64,000 bases of DNA, taken from Lama glama (lineage: Eukaryota). The position numbers and the translations under genes are program-made. Under the pieces are notes generated by a model, which worked only from the letters and a program-made list of their open reading frames with translations, was not told the DNA's origin and ran no database searches. The stretch covers positions 62,622,001 through 62,686,000 of the forward strand of contig CM052816.1 of assembly GCA_028534125.1 (NCBI GenBank), written 5' to 3'. Positions 13,750 through 26,685 of the stretch are shown one piece after another (within the stretch, counting starts at the first letter, position 1; every line of letters starts with the position of its first letter).

Positions 13750-14085
13750 CAGTTGGTCCTCTATATCCACAGGTTCCATACCCATGGATTCAACCAATTG
13801 TGGACCAAAAATATTTCAAAAAAAATTCCAGAAAGTTCCAAAAAGTAAAACTTGAATTTGCCATGCACTGGAAACTATTTATATAACATTTTTATGTATT
13901 TACATAGCATTTACATGATATTAGGTATTACAAGTAATCTAGAGATGATGTAAAGAATACAGGAGGATGTGAGTAGATTATATGCAAATACTATGACATT
14001 TTATATAAGGGACTTGAACATCTGCAGATTTTGGTTTCCATAGGGGTCCTGGAACCAATCCCTCATGGATACCAATGGATGACTG
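13750..14085. mobile_element. MER2 (Tigger-family MITE)
   Basis: TA target duplications on both sides; termini cagttggtcctctatatcc / ggataccaatggatgactg; about 336 bp. Confidence 0.85.
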
Positions 14086-14089
14086 TATA

Positions 14090-14490
14090 GCAGAAAAGAA
14101 GTTTAGCTGTGAAATTATTATAGTCATGGGACTTACAAGCAGAGTTTTCCAGAGGAAACTGGATTCAGTTGCTGAAGAGAGAGATCTGGGCTGAAGGAAA
14201 GTTCTGGGATTTGAAGCCAAGCAACTAGATGAACTTTTAAGGTACTCCCAACATTTAAGGACTGGGCAAAAGAAAATGTGCTCCCAAAGAGTTCTGAGAA
14301 AGACAACCTAGGGAGGCAGGCAAATTCAGGAGAGATCTGGATCATGGAAGCCATGATAGGAGAGTTTTTGGAAGGGAAAATGGGCAAATGATGGTGAGGA
14401 ATAATGTAAGATGTGAATTTAACAATTTAAGAGTATTTTGGTATCTATGGGAAGTGCAGTCTTAGTGGAGAAGTCAGGACGGGAAAAGAA
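14090..14490 (-). mobile_element. L2 fragment
   Basis: Purine-rich antisense L2-like sequence ('gagagatctgggctgaagg...catggaagcca'). Confidence 0.5.
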
Positions 14491-14525
14491 AATGTCAAAA
14501 CAGACTGAACAATGAACAGCTCATT

Positions 14526-14577
14526 AAAAAAAACAAAAACAAAAACAAAAACAAAAACAAAAACAAAAACAAAAAAC
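14526..14577 (+). repeat. (AAAAAC)n microsatellite
   Basis: Directly visible hexamer repeat. Confidence 0.95.
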
Positions 14578-16820
14578 CAGCCAGAGTGAAATGTTGCTTT
14601 AAAAGGACTGGTTGTGAAGGCAGGAAGAGATTGTGCAATATTGTGATGGGGAGCATTGGAGAGAATGTAAAGAGGACCACAGACATGGAGGTTAGATCCC
14701 AGACTTTCAGTCTATGTTGTTTTCCTCGTTCTTTACTCTCTCCCTTTAAGATGAAAATATACAAGCTGTTACTTTAATTTCTGTGGTTAATGCTCTTCAA
14801 TCTACTCAGCCAACACTTAGCAAGTATCACTGTAAGGGCTTCTGCAAGTGCTCTGCAGTGCTTTTGCATTTCACAATGAATTTGAAAGGCTTATGGCCAA
14901 ACAAGGATGTAAACAGGGTTGAAATGCGTGACTTGAATAAGGCAGTATGTCTGTAGAGTCTACTCTAGGCACATGTTCCTTTTCTGTAAAAAAGTGGTAC
15001 AGAGATTTCTCTGTTTCCTTGTTTGAGGATTTGGCCAGCTTGAGTTAAAGCTATGATAGGATAGCCTGAGAATTTGGAAGATTTTTCTACAGTGACCTCT
15101 GACGTAGTTCACATCTGTTTATTAATACATCTTGAGCTTTTGCTGTTCTCTTCCTAAGGAATGAATTGCAGAAGTGAATGAGCTGTAACATTTCCCTGAA
15201 AGTTCAGCTTTAACCAAATGTGTTGGTTTCCAACTCAGAAGAACCAGTGGTTTGGGTGCAATATAGTCCTAATAGTTTTTGAGAACAGGGTGATGAGCAC
15301 TGTGAGGGAAGTCTGTGGGCTTCTGATCTAGGCAGTCAGACCAGCAGCCAGGATGTAAACACAAACTTCCTGCTGAGATTCCAGCTCACTGGACTTGCAG
15401 GAGTTTCTCCAGTCTGTTCCCAGGACAGCACTGCACCTGCTTCTGGCTTGTGGATATTTTTTCTCCTAATGGTGAAAGTATCACTTCTCCGTATCACAGG
15501 CATCGCATCGTTCCTGTCTCCCAGTATTTGCTTTGTATCCATTGGTCTTTCTGGAATCTCACCTCCCACAATTTGTAAGGGAAAATCCCATTTCGATGTG
15601 TCTGCCAGTCTTCACACTGAAGGAGTTTCATTACTTTCCATGTTTTGAGACATCGAGATAAGAAGGTAACTCTTATTGGAAACCTTTTAAAAGAGAGAAC
15701 CTATTCACTTTGGAATTTTCAACAGTCCTTATCATTATAAGGAAGAGACTCAAATATAAAAGATTTATAATTCATATTCAGTTTTTCACAGCCCTCAGAT
15801 TGCTGAAGCTGATTCAGAAGGTACCAGTTGAAAGGCATATGTGAAGGCCGTGAAAATAATATGCATCTAGCTAAATGTTGTGTCCTTTTGAAATCTGAAT
15901 TATAATTCAGCAAAGGCAGACTTGGACAAACAGCGTGTGCAGTTGCAGCCAAATCTGACAGGGTCAGAAGAATTGATGGATGTGCTTTGCTTTAACCAAT
16001 ATAATTTTGTCAGCAATTTCCTTTTTTTAACTGGTGCGTTAATAGTCTTTGTTTACTGTATTGAAAGAACTGTGGAAGGCTACAAAACAAGGGAGGTACT
16101 GGCCTCTGTTGAAGAATAGTCTATTTTTTTGGACTCTCATGCAATATTGAAGGAGTCTACGAGAACATGAAGAAAAAGAATAATTGTGAGGAAGGAGAAG
16201 TGTTGTGGAGTGGTCAAAATATAAATTACTAAGGAGTAGACGGCTTAGGTGGAGTTTAGCATTGGCAAAGCCAGGATAAATTGTTAGATATTCTCAAAAG
16301 CCCTTGGTCCATGGAGTCTGTGAAGAAGTAACAGAGATGAAGGTGGAGCTCTCTGAGATGGGCAGTAGCTATCAGAGTGAGAGGGATTAGCAGGTGCCTT
16401 CATTCCATTTTTAAAAAAATGTTGCTAGTTATTACACTTTTGGGGTTAGGTTAAAGGTAGCGAGACAATTGGAAATATGAAGGGGTAGTGTAAGTCTGTT
16501 TTTTTCTCATTATCTATTACTTCCTCATTATTTCTCCAGTTACAGTTAAACTATGTTTACCTTGGGAGCTTGTCATTGTTTGCTTTGAAAAGTAAATTCA
16601 GTTTAAACATTGGTTTTGGCATGAAATTAATGCAATTTTAGAATGAAGAATAATCTATTCACACTCTCAGTTTTATTAATGAGGAAATTGAGGTCCAGAG
16701 AGACTGGCTGACTGGTCTAGGGACACACAAGTCTATTGGCTGAGGCAGTAACAAACTGGTATTGTGACTCTGTCTAGCATTCTTTCCACTGCTTCACACT
16801 ACTGCACAACCAAAATGATT

Positions 16821-16868
16821 TGTGTGTGTGTGTGTGTGTGTGCGCGCGCGCGCGTGCGTGTGTGTGTG
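16821..16868. repeat. (TG)n(CG)n(TG)n compound microsatellite
   Basis: 48 bp of uninterrupted purine-pyrimidine alternation. Confidence 0.95.
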
Positions 16869-19135
16869 ATGTGCCACGAAGTTGGGCATAATATTGTGTA
16901 TGACCCATGACACTTGTAAGAGGCTTTCTACTATCAAGAGAGCTTCTGCTTAAAGTGCTAAACTAAATAGTATTTGGGGCTATAAACTAACATGAAATCA
17001 TACTTGAAAATGTGAATACCACTTTTGTTTTTGATTTGCAAAAAAATTCCCAGTGGAAGTTTATTGCAGGGATATTCCCCAGTGTTGATGTGGAAGAGTC
17101 CTCCCCTCAGCAGCATAATGTCCCAGGTCCCCATCCCTGTCTCTGGGAACTGGGAAATGCACCAGCCATTTTACCTGCATTTCTACTTTCCAAAGAGAGA
17201 ACTTTATTCCACCCTTCTCAATAGGTAACTGTACATAAGGTGGGCTCTTGGTACATGCTGAATTCCTGCTTCCTCATCCGTTGAGATAATACCAACATCC
17301 GAACCTATACAAAGTGGGTGCTCAATAGGTATTTTGAGAGGCAGCCTGGTGTAGTAAAGAGAACGTGGATTTTGAAGTCAGATCTGCATTTTCAGGTGAG
17401 CTGCTACTAGAGAATTTCAACTTCCTGCTCTGTCCAGGGGAGAAGACATCTGCTCTCTGGGTGGTTCTAAGTTTCTGTTTTTGTTTTTTAAATTATTATT
17501 GTGGGAGCCAATGTCTAAGAGCTTCCATTTCCATTTAAAAAATGAAACACGGTCACCTATGGGGAATAGCTGAGGGTGAGGTGGGGCATTGGGGAGAGCA
17601 GTGAAGGTATAAGATAACTGCTGTGGTGATTAAGAGAGCAGATAGACCAAGAACCCACAAAGCGTTGCTTGCTGGTAGTAAGGGGTTGAGGTTGGAGACC
17701 TTGAATATTTAGGTACATTCATTATACAGCTGTTTTTCTCTAACAGTGTGAATGGAAAAACAGAAAAGTTAAAACAGCTGGAATCATACAAGAAGGATAA
17801 AGAGTGGCAAGGAAATTGGTGAACCCACTTTTCTGCTTATGGATTTTTCACTAAACCTTTCTGTATACAAACACAGATTTGCTTTAAGGAAAAAATAGGC
17901 ATGCCTTTTAGCCTTATATATGTAGCTTTCTTTGTTCCCCTTCCTTCCTTCCTTCTTTTCTTTTTTCTATTGGTGGAAATAATTTTTCAATCCCATACGA
18001 GCCATTGCATCATAGAATATAAATTATTATATTCACAGTGAGTCTGAGGACATAGTATGGAGGTGGAAAAATAGGATAACATCTCCTGTTGCAGCCAGCA
18101 TCTAAAATTACAGGGCATTTTCTCACATGTTACCTCCAATAGTCCTCACAGTGCTTTGTGAGGCAGACATTTTTCATCCTGTTTTATACTTACAGAAATC
18201 GAGTATCAAAGAGGGAGAACAGCTTGCCTAAGTCTAACCTGGTACCGAGCACAGGACTGCTGGCCAGTATGTACATTTGTTGCATTTGTTGATTCTCATC
18301 TAGCCTCATGCGCTTCAGAGTCCCCACAGTGAGGATTTCATGCCCAGGAGAAGCCAGTGCGCCGACTTCTGGCAATTTAGTGAGGCCCAAGGTGAATGTG
18401 TCTCACATCCTCCTCTTTCTCTGGCTACATGGTGAGTTCGAATGAGTATTTCCTAAAGTCCCCTCCTTCCGTCAGGTTCCTTGAGTTGCTAGGTGGCCCT
18501 CAGTGGGTCTGATACAGTTTGTACCTCGACTACTCTTTGGTAGTGCTGCTGCTTTCTTCTTTTCCAGAAAATTTTTTATCCCTTCATCACCCAGTTCCCC
18601 ATTCTCCAAGGGCAGTTGGGTCAAATTATTAATGACTGTTTTAATCATCTCAAATAACGTATTTGTATTCTTAGAACAGTCTTTTTTTTTTTTTTAAAGA
18701 ATGAGGACTATATCATGTGCATTTCCTGCATCAAAAAACAGGAGAGACGTTTGGAGTGAGCATCACTCAGTGAGCAGCCTCTCCTGTCCATCATTAGAGG
18801 TCTTCCTAGCTACCTACCTCAAGAGGCAAAAACAGGTTTTATCACTGATTTTTGGAGAATACTACAAGTATCATCACTTCTTTTAATATGACCACTCTTG
18901 AAAATGAGATTGTGAAATATCTAGCCTGTGCTCTAGTGTTCCCATAAGTCATGGCTGCAGGAAAAAAAAAAATGGAGTCTCTCTTCCTCTTACAGATAAT
19001 GGTTAAGACAAACTCCTTTTTCTCTATTTTAGCTTAAATAGTGGCATTATGAAATTGCTTTATTGTGTAGAAATGAAAGCAAAAGCTATGGTAAGATCAT
19101 TCAGTGTATGTCTATATTTGTATGGGATGAGAAGG

Positions 19136-19540
19136 TGTAGTGGGCAGAATAATGACCCCCAAGATGCCCATGCCTTAATCCTCAGAACCTGTGACTGTGT
19201 CACATTACATGGCAGATGTGCTAAGATTAAAGACAGAAGGAAAGACCATCCTAGGTTATTCTGGTGGTCCCAGTGTCATCACACAAGCCCGTAAGCACAG
19301 AGAATCTTTCTTGGCTGCGTTAAAGAAAAGAGATAGATAGCAGCATGAGAATGATTCAACCTGCAGTTACTTTAAAGGTGGAGGAAGGGGTCGTGGACCA
19401 AGGAATGTTGGCAGCCTCTAGAAGATGGAAAAGCAAGGGAAAAATTATCCCCTAGAACCCCTAGAAATTAATACAGCCCAGCTGGCACCTTGACTTAAGC
19501 CCAGTGATACCCATGTTGAGCTTTGAACACCAGAACTGAA
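19136..19540 (+). mobile_element. MaLR LTR (MLT1D-like)
   Basis: Starts tgtagtgggcagaataatgacccccaagatgccc; contains 'ccaaggaatgttggcagcctctagaag'. Confidence 0.8.
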
Positions 19541-19604
19541 ACAGAAGGATACTGGGAGAAAGTAATGGACACATTAAGTGAATATGATCCAATGAGGTTA
19601 ATAA

Positions 19605-19815
19605 CAAGAGTTAACATTTTTATAATGTCGATTATGCACCAGACATTTTTCTAAAATAAAACTCTCAAGAATCTAAAGTCTTCTTTTTCTTAACCTAATT
19701 TTGCGAAAGAAAACCTTAAATAGGTTAGTTAACTTGTTCAGGGTCATACAGCTGGTGTGTGGTGGAGCTAGAATTTGAACCCAGACCCTATGGCCTCAGA
19801 GTCCAGCTTTAGAAT
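19605..19815 (-). mobile_element. MIR SINE
   Basis: 'aacttgttcagggtcatacagctggt...ggagctagaatttgaacccag'. Confidence 0.7.
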
Positions 19816-20466
19816 CAGGTTACAGTATGCATGCTTTTAGTGGCTACAATAAAATTTATCACTACTCTCATTTTGGCAAAATCAAAGTTCCAAGAATTTG
19901 GTTTCTTTTCCAGTGTCAACAGAGCCCCTGGAAAACCTAAGACCACTCCATTTTCTCAGAAATACCTTTTTCTCCCTCTCTTCTTCCCTCCTACCCTCCC
20001 TCCCTTTCTTCCTTCTTTATTCTCTTCTTTCTTTTTTCTTCCTTTCTTCTTTCTTTGGAAAAAACAAATAGTACAGTTTGGCATAAGTGTAATGCACTGT
20101 TAACATTTTTATCTTGGTGTCAGAGAAAGGGAAACTTTTCCGCTGAAATGGTGTTCCTAGCTCATTAGAAATCTGTGATCAAGTAGTTTATTGGAATTTT
20201 AGCCATGTTGCATTTTCTATTAACCCATCTTTTCCCCTCAAATAAAGTATAAACACTTTTAAATTATGCAAATATTTCATGTTTCTTTACAAACAATTTT
20301 TGAAATACAAGATGTAGAATGAAATTATCACCTCATGTTTACCACCCAGAGACAATCTTTTCTGTGTTTCTTTCCTGCCCACCTCCTTCTATGGGCATAC
20401 TTTTACATGGTTGAAATTCAAGTATATCTTTCAATGGAAGTGTAGAATTTTATCTTAAGTAGCATA

Positions 20467-22898
20467 CAGGCGTACCTTGGAGATTTCACAGGTTTGGTTC
20501 AAAACCACAATAAAGCAAATATCACAATAAAGCAAGTTGCATGAAATGTTTGATTTCCCAGTGCACATAAAGGTTATGTTACTATACCATAGTCTATGAA
20601 GTGCACAAGAACATTATGTCTTAAGAAATAATGTACATTTCTTAATTTAAGCTTATTTTATTGCTGAAAAATGCTGACCATCACTTGAGCCTTCAGCGGG
20701 TTGTAGTCTTTTTGCTGGTGGAGGGTCCTGCCTTGATGCTGATGTCCGCTGACTGATCAGGGTGGTGGTTGCTGAAGGTTGGGGTGCCTGAGGCAATGTC
20801 TTAAAATAAGACAAGAGCAAAGTTTGCTGCATTGATACACTCTTCCTTTCACAAATGATATCTCTGAGGCATGCAGTGCTATTCATTTACCCAGAGTAGA
20901 ACTTCTTTCAAAATTGGAGTTAATTTTCTCAAACCCTGCTGCTATTCTATCAGCTAAGTTTGTGTAATATTCTAAATCCTTTGCTGTCATTTCAGCAGTC
21001 TTCACAGCATCTTCACCAAGAGTAGACGTCATTTCAAGAAACCACTTTCTTTGCTCATCCATAAGAAGCAACTCCTTGTGCATTCAAGTTTTATCATGAA
21101 ATTTCAGCAATTCAGTCACACCTTCAGGTTCCGCTTCTAATGCTGGTTCTCTTGCTTTTTCCACCTCTGAAGTGACTTCATTTTCTGAAGTCCTGAACCC
21201 CTCAAAGTCATCCATGAGGGTTGGAATCAACTTCTTCAAAACTCCTACTAATATTGATATTTTGACCTCTTCTCATGAATCATGTATGTTCTTAATGGCA
21301 TCTAGAATGGTGACACCTTTCCAGGTTTCAACTGACTTTGCCTAAATCCATCACATGAATCACTATGGCAGCAATAGCCTTATGAAATGTATTTCTTAAA
21401 CAATAATACTTAAAAGTGAGAATTAGTCCTTGATCCATGAGCTGCAGAATGGATGTGTTAGCAGGCATGAAAGCAACATTAATCTCAACGTAATCTCTGT
21501 CAGAGCTTTTGGGTGACCACATACATTGCGAGTGAGCAGTAACACTTTGAAAAGAATCTTCTTTCTTAGCAGGAGATCTCAACAGTTTGAGCTCAAAATA
21601 TTCAGTGAAACATATTGATGTAGTGTCATCCAGGCTTTGTTGTTCTATTTACAGAGTACGGGCAGAGTAGGTTTGGCATTATTCTTAAGGATCCCAAAAT
21701 TTTCAGAATGGCCAATGAGCATCAGCTTCAATTTAAAGTCACCAGGGGCGTTAGTTACTAATAAGAAAGTCAGACTGTTCTTTGAAGCTTAGAAGCCAGC
21801 TATTAGCTTTCCTCTCTTGCTATGAAACTACTAGATGGCATCTTCTTCGAATAGTAGACTGTTTTGTCTGCATTGAAAATCTGTTGTTTAGTGTAGCCAT
21901 CTTCATGAACTGTCTTAAGAGTTTCTGGACAACTTGCTGCAGCTTCTACATGAGCACGTGCTGCTTCACCTGGCTCTTTTATGTTATAGAGACCACTTCT
22001 TTCCTTAAACCTCATGAATCTAACTCTGCCAACTTCATACTTTTCTCTGCAGCTTCCTCACCTCTCTCAGCCTTCATAGAAGGAAAGAGAGTTAGATCCT
22101 TGCTCTGGATTAGGCTTTGGCTTAAGGGAAGGTAGTGGCTGGTTTGTTCTTCTATCCAGACAGCTAACACTTTCTCCATATCCACAATAAGGCTTTTTTG
22201 CTTTCTCACTATTTTTGTGTTCATTGGAGTAGCACTTTTAATTTCCTCCAAGAACCTTTTCATTGGATTCACGACTTGGCTAACTGGTGCAAGAGGCCTG
22301 GATGTCAGTCTATCTTGGCTTTTGACATGCCTCCCTCACTAAGTTTAATCATTTCTAGCCTTTGATTTGAAGTGAGAGACGAGTGACTCTTCCTTTTACT
22401 TGAACATGTAGAGGCCATTGTAGAGTTATTAACTGGTCTAATTTCGAGGGCATAGTGAGGGAATAGGGAGGTCTGAAGAGAGGGAGAGAGACAGGGTGGG
22501 GGTAATGGGTGGTCAGTGGAGCAGCCAGAACACACATAACATTTATTTACTATGTTTGCTTTTTATATGGGTATAGTTTGTGGCACCCCAAGACAATTAC
22601 AATAGTAACATCAAAGATTATTTATCACAGATCACCATAACAAATAAAATAATAATGAAAAAGTTTGAAATATTGCGTGAATTACTAAAATGTGACACCG
22701 AGATACTAAGTAGCAAATATATTGAAAAATGGCACTAATAGATTTGCTCAATGGAGGGTTGCCACAAAGCTTCAATTTGTAAAAAAAAATGCAATATCTT
22801 TGAAGCACATAAACAGTAGCACAATTGACACATTATAACTGACAGTACTTCAATAAAAAAAATTAAAAAGAGAAGCAAAATAAAGCCAGGTATACCTG
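20467..22898 (-). mobile_element. Tigger1 DNA transposon, near full length, transposase disrupted
   Basis: TA|caggcgtacct...aggtatacctg|TA termini; minus-strand ORF pieces of pogo/Tigger transposase ([51 protein letters not shown]). Confidence 0.95.
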
Positions 22899-23956
22899 TA
22901 ATTACTTAGCCATGCTCCTATTACCAGAAAGTAATCTCATGAATTACTAATGTTGCTACTAATATGTTCCTCTCGTGAATAAGCTACAGTACATATCTTT
23001 AGGCACTTTTTTTCTATTTCACATTTATTCTCAGACTAGAGCTGCAGAAGTTGAATTATTAGATTAAATGGGTAAAAACATTTTTCCACATTGCTTTTCA
23101 GACAGGTTATATCAATTTATGTTTACAGCTACAGTGCACAAGTGTGGTCATCTTCCTACATCCTACCAGTAGCATTTAAAAATTGCTATTCTACTAGGCA
23201 GAAAATGCTTCATTAAAATAATTGCCCCTTTAGGTTTTTCACACTAACCTTCTCAGTGTGAAACTAAACAAAGCAAAGACATTCTCACCCACTTACTTCA
23301 TAGACAACAACTTCCCTCACTTGAGATGCAATCACAAAATGGCTGCACAGAAGTGGCATTACTTACGGACTTCAGCTGAACCTGAAGGCAAGTTGACATA
23401 TTTCATGAAGAAAGTGAATAGGGGAGAAAAATAATGCAAACTTGGGCGTTACTAATGAGGACAAATAAAAAAATGATCAGTTTAGTAAGATATTGAAATA
23501 TAACTGAATAGACTGGGAATTAAATAATTCAAGTCTAGATAGTTATTTTCTTTCATGTGTATTTTAGTTGCCTTTTTGTTTGCTTATATTTATTGCCTCT
23601 TAATCATTATTACTTATTGAATCAGGGTTATAGGATGTCATTATAATAAAGAGGTCTGTTTGTTAACTCTATGGATCTGGTTTTGTTCTTAGATGATTGC
23701 TTTAGGCAGTCTTTCTGTTTTGTTGTGCTGTGTTTTGGCAGACCCTAGCACAGCACTGTACTTAGCTTGGAGATGTTAGACTAACAGCAATATAGGCTCA
23801 GGAGACAGATACAAGTTAAAAATCATAGTTAGGACTACATTTACCGGTGGTGTGTCTATAGGCGAGTTATGTAACTGTGAAGTTTCTATTTCCCTGTCTA
23901 GGAAACTGAGATAATAATAGGACCTGCATCTTACCGTTGAGGGAGAATTAAATGAA

Positions 23957-24788
23957 TCAAAACTGCAATGAGGTGTCACCTCACACCAGTCAGAATGGCC
24001 ATCATTCACAAGTCCATGAATGATAAATGCTGGAGAGGACATGGAGAAAAGGGAACCCTCCTACACTGCTGGTAGGAATGGAGTTTGGTGGAGCCATTAT
24101 GGAAAACATTATGGCAATTTCTCAAAAAACTATAAATAGACTTACTGTGTGATCCAGCAATCCCACCCCTGGGTATATCCAGAGAGAACTGTAATTCTAA
24201 AAGATACATGCACCCCAATGTTCATAGAAGCACTAGTTACAATAGCCAAGACATGGAAGCAGCCTAAATGTCCATCAACAGATGACTGGATAAAGAAGTT
24301 GTGGTATATTTATAAAATGGAATACTACTCTGCCATAACAAAGAATAAATAAAATGCCATTTGCAGCAACATGAATGGACCTAGAGATTGTCATTCTAGG
24401 TGAAGTAAGCCAGAAAGAGAAAGACAAATACAATATATCACTCATATGTGAAATCAAAGGGAAAAAAAGGACACTATGAACTCATCTGCAAAACAGAAAC
24501 AGACTCACAGACTTAGTAAACAATCTTATGGTTACTGGGGGAAAAGGAGTGGGAAGGGATAAATTTGGGAGTTTGAGATTTACAAATGTTAGCCACTATA
24601 TATAAAAATAGATTAAGAAAAAGTTTCTGCTATATAGCACAGGGAACTACGTTCAACATCTTATAATAACCTTTAATGAAAAAAATATGAGGATGAATAT
24701 ATATATGTATATGCATGACTGGGACATTGTACTGTACACCAGAAACTGACACATTGTAATTGACTGTGCTTCAATTTAAAAAAATAAA
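23957..24788 (+). mobile_element. L1 3' end inserted into a MIR
   Basis: ORF2 C-terminus ([32 protein letters not shown]), 3'UTR and A-tail; MIR halves at about 23850-23956 and 24812-24870. Confidence 0.9.
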
Positions 24789-24999
24789 ATCAGTCAGTCA
24801 ATCAATCAATCAATCATTGCAAACACTTAGCAACTGGGCCCAGTAAAAGATCAGCAAATAACAGTTTGCTGTTACTATCATCATTCCCATCATCCCCATC
24901 ATTATAACCTGTTTACCCCTCTGATTGTTTGTAACATGAGTTATTTCTGCTTCAAGTATAAAGTCTAGAAACTCTGCTGCTCACTTCCTTATCTTTCTT

Positions 25000-25600
25000 A
25001 ATGTTCATTCATTCATCAACAAACATTTATCTAGAACAAAAGAGATTAAATCTGAACACAAGGATCTTACATGCCTATGAAAGAAGACAGATGATGAATA
25101 AGCGAATAAATATTCAGTATGTCAGATGGTGTTAAGTGTTATGGAGAAAAATAAAACAGAGCATGGGAGACTGGGAGGGCAGGAGGTGGGAGTAGGGGTG
25201 ACGTGGGAGAAAGATAGGGTGTTATTTACGCAAAGTGGTAAAAACATCTGACAAATGATATTTCAGCTATTGTGAATAGGATGAAAGAGAAATATGTTCT
25301 CAGTGGAGGAAACATGCCTGGCATGTTCAAGAATCAGTAAGAAGGGCTATGTGGCAGAGAGAGAGAGAAAATCAAACAAGAGTGAAAGGAGATGAGGTCC
25401 AAAGTGGGGTGGGGCACACCTTGTACTCCATTGTCAGGACTTTGATTTTTACCCTGGGGAACATGGGAAACCTCTGGACAACAGTGAGCAGAGGAATGAC
25501 TGGACAAATGCAGAGGTGAGGGATCAGATCAGGGAGGCAATTTCAATACCTTAGATGAGAAGGTTATGACTTAGACCAGGAGAAACCAGCAGTGATAGTG
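25000..25600 (-). mobile_element. L2 fragment
   Basis: Starts ttcattcattcatcaacaaacatttat (antisense L2 tail), then purine-rich L2 body. Confidence 0.7.
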
Positions 25601-26319
25601 ACATACAATTGGTTGGAATATGAAAAAATAGAAATATATTTGCATAGCATTTTATATATCATTGTATATAATTATATATGTTTATATTGTGCGTGTATTT
25701 CTATCATATATAACATATATTTGACTATCATCATGTATCTTTGTGGTTATACAGCAATGTGTCTGGACTCAGATAGAGTTGAATCTTGTATCCACTAGAC
25801 AGCATGATGTCAGGAGTATTAGCAAGTAGGAAACAGATACATTTCAAATGCTTGACAACTTTGCCAATGGCAAGTACTGTAGCATTACTTTAAGTATTTC
25901 ATTATATTTCATTTTATGATTGCTATTAGTGTCCTCAGAGTAAATATTTAACACATGCACATACAATCAACTCCAGATGTATGGGACTCCCATTTTTTAA
26001 TGAGGATTTTTTCTTTGTTTTTTTCAATGTATACCCTTTTACTCATTGAATTTTGTATCATATGCAGGTAACTTCAGCTAAAAATATTAAATAAAACAGG
26101 TACAGAAAGACATACAAACAAATGCATTATTTAATAAGTTATTATAAAATAAATACCTTCCAATTTGTACCAGATAAAGAAATAAAACTTTACCAACCAC
26201 TCCAGAAGCCCCTTTATATCCTGGACACAACCCCTTTCCTCCTCTCTTAAGTAACTACTATCTTGACTTTTAGAGTAATCACTTCTTTACATTTCTTTCT
26301 TTCCCTCCATTTTATATGT

Positions 26320-26685
26320 CTTTTTTATTTTTTTTGGAGGTAACATTCATTTATAACATTGTATAAATTTTATGTGTATAACATTATATTTTGACTTCTG
26401 TATACTCTGCAGTATGCTTACCATGAAAAGTTTAGTTTCCATTTCTCACCATACAGGCAACTCCCTTTACCTATTTTGTTTTCCCTAACCTCTCATCCCC
26501 TGGTAACCACTACTCTGTTCTCTGTATCTATGTGTTTGTGTCTGTTTAGTTCGGTTTCTTCATTTATTTTATCTTACTCTGTTAAATATTCCACGTATGA
26601 GTGAAATCATACATTTATCTTTCACCATCTTACTTCTGTTGTTTAGCATAATACCCTCAAGGTCCATCCATATTGTCACAAATGG
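26320..26685 (-). mobile_element. L1 3' end (non-inverted part of an inverted L1)
   Basis: PolyT then antisense 3'UTR up to ccatccatattgtcacaaatgg. Confidence 0.85.
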
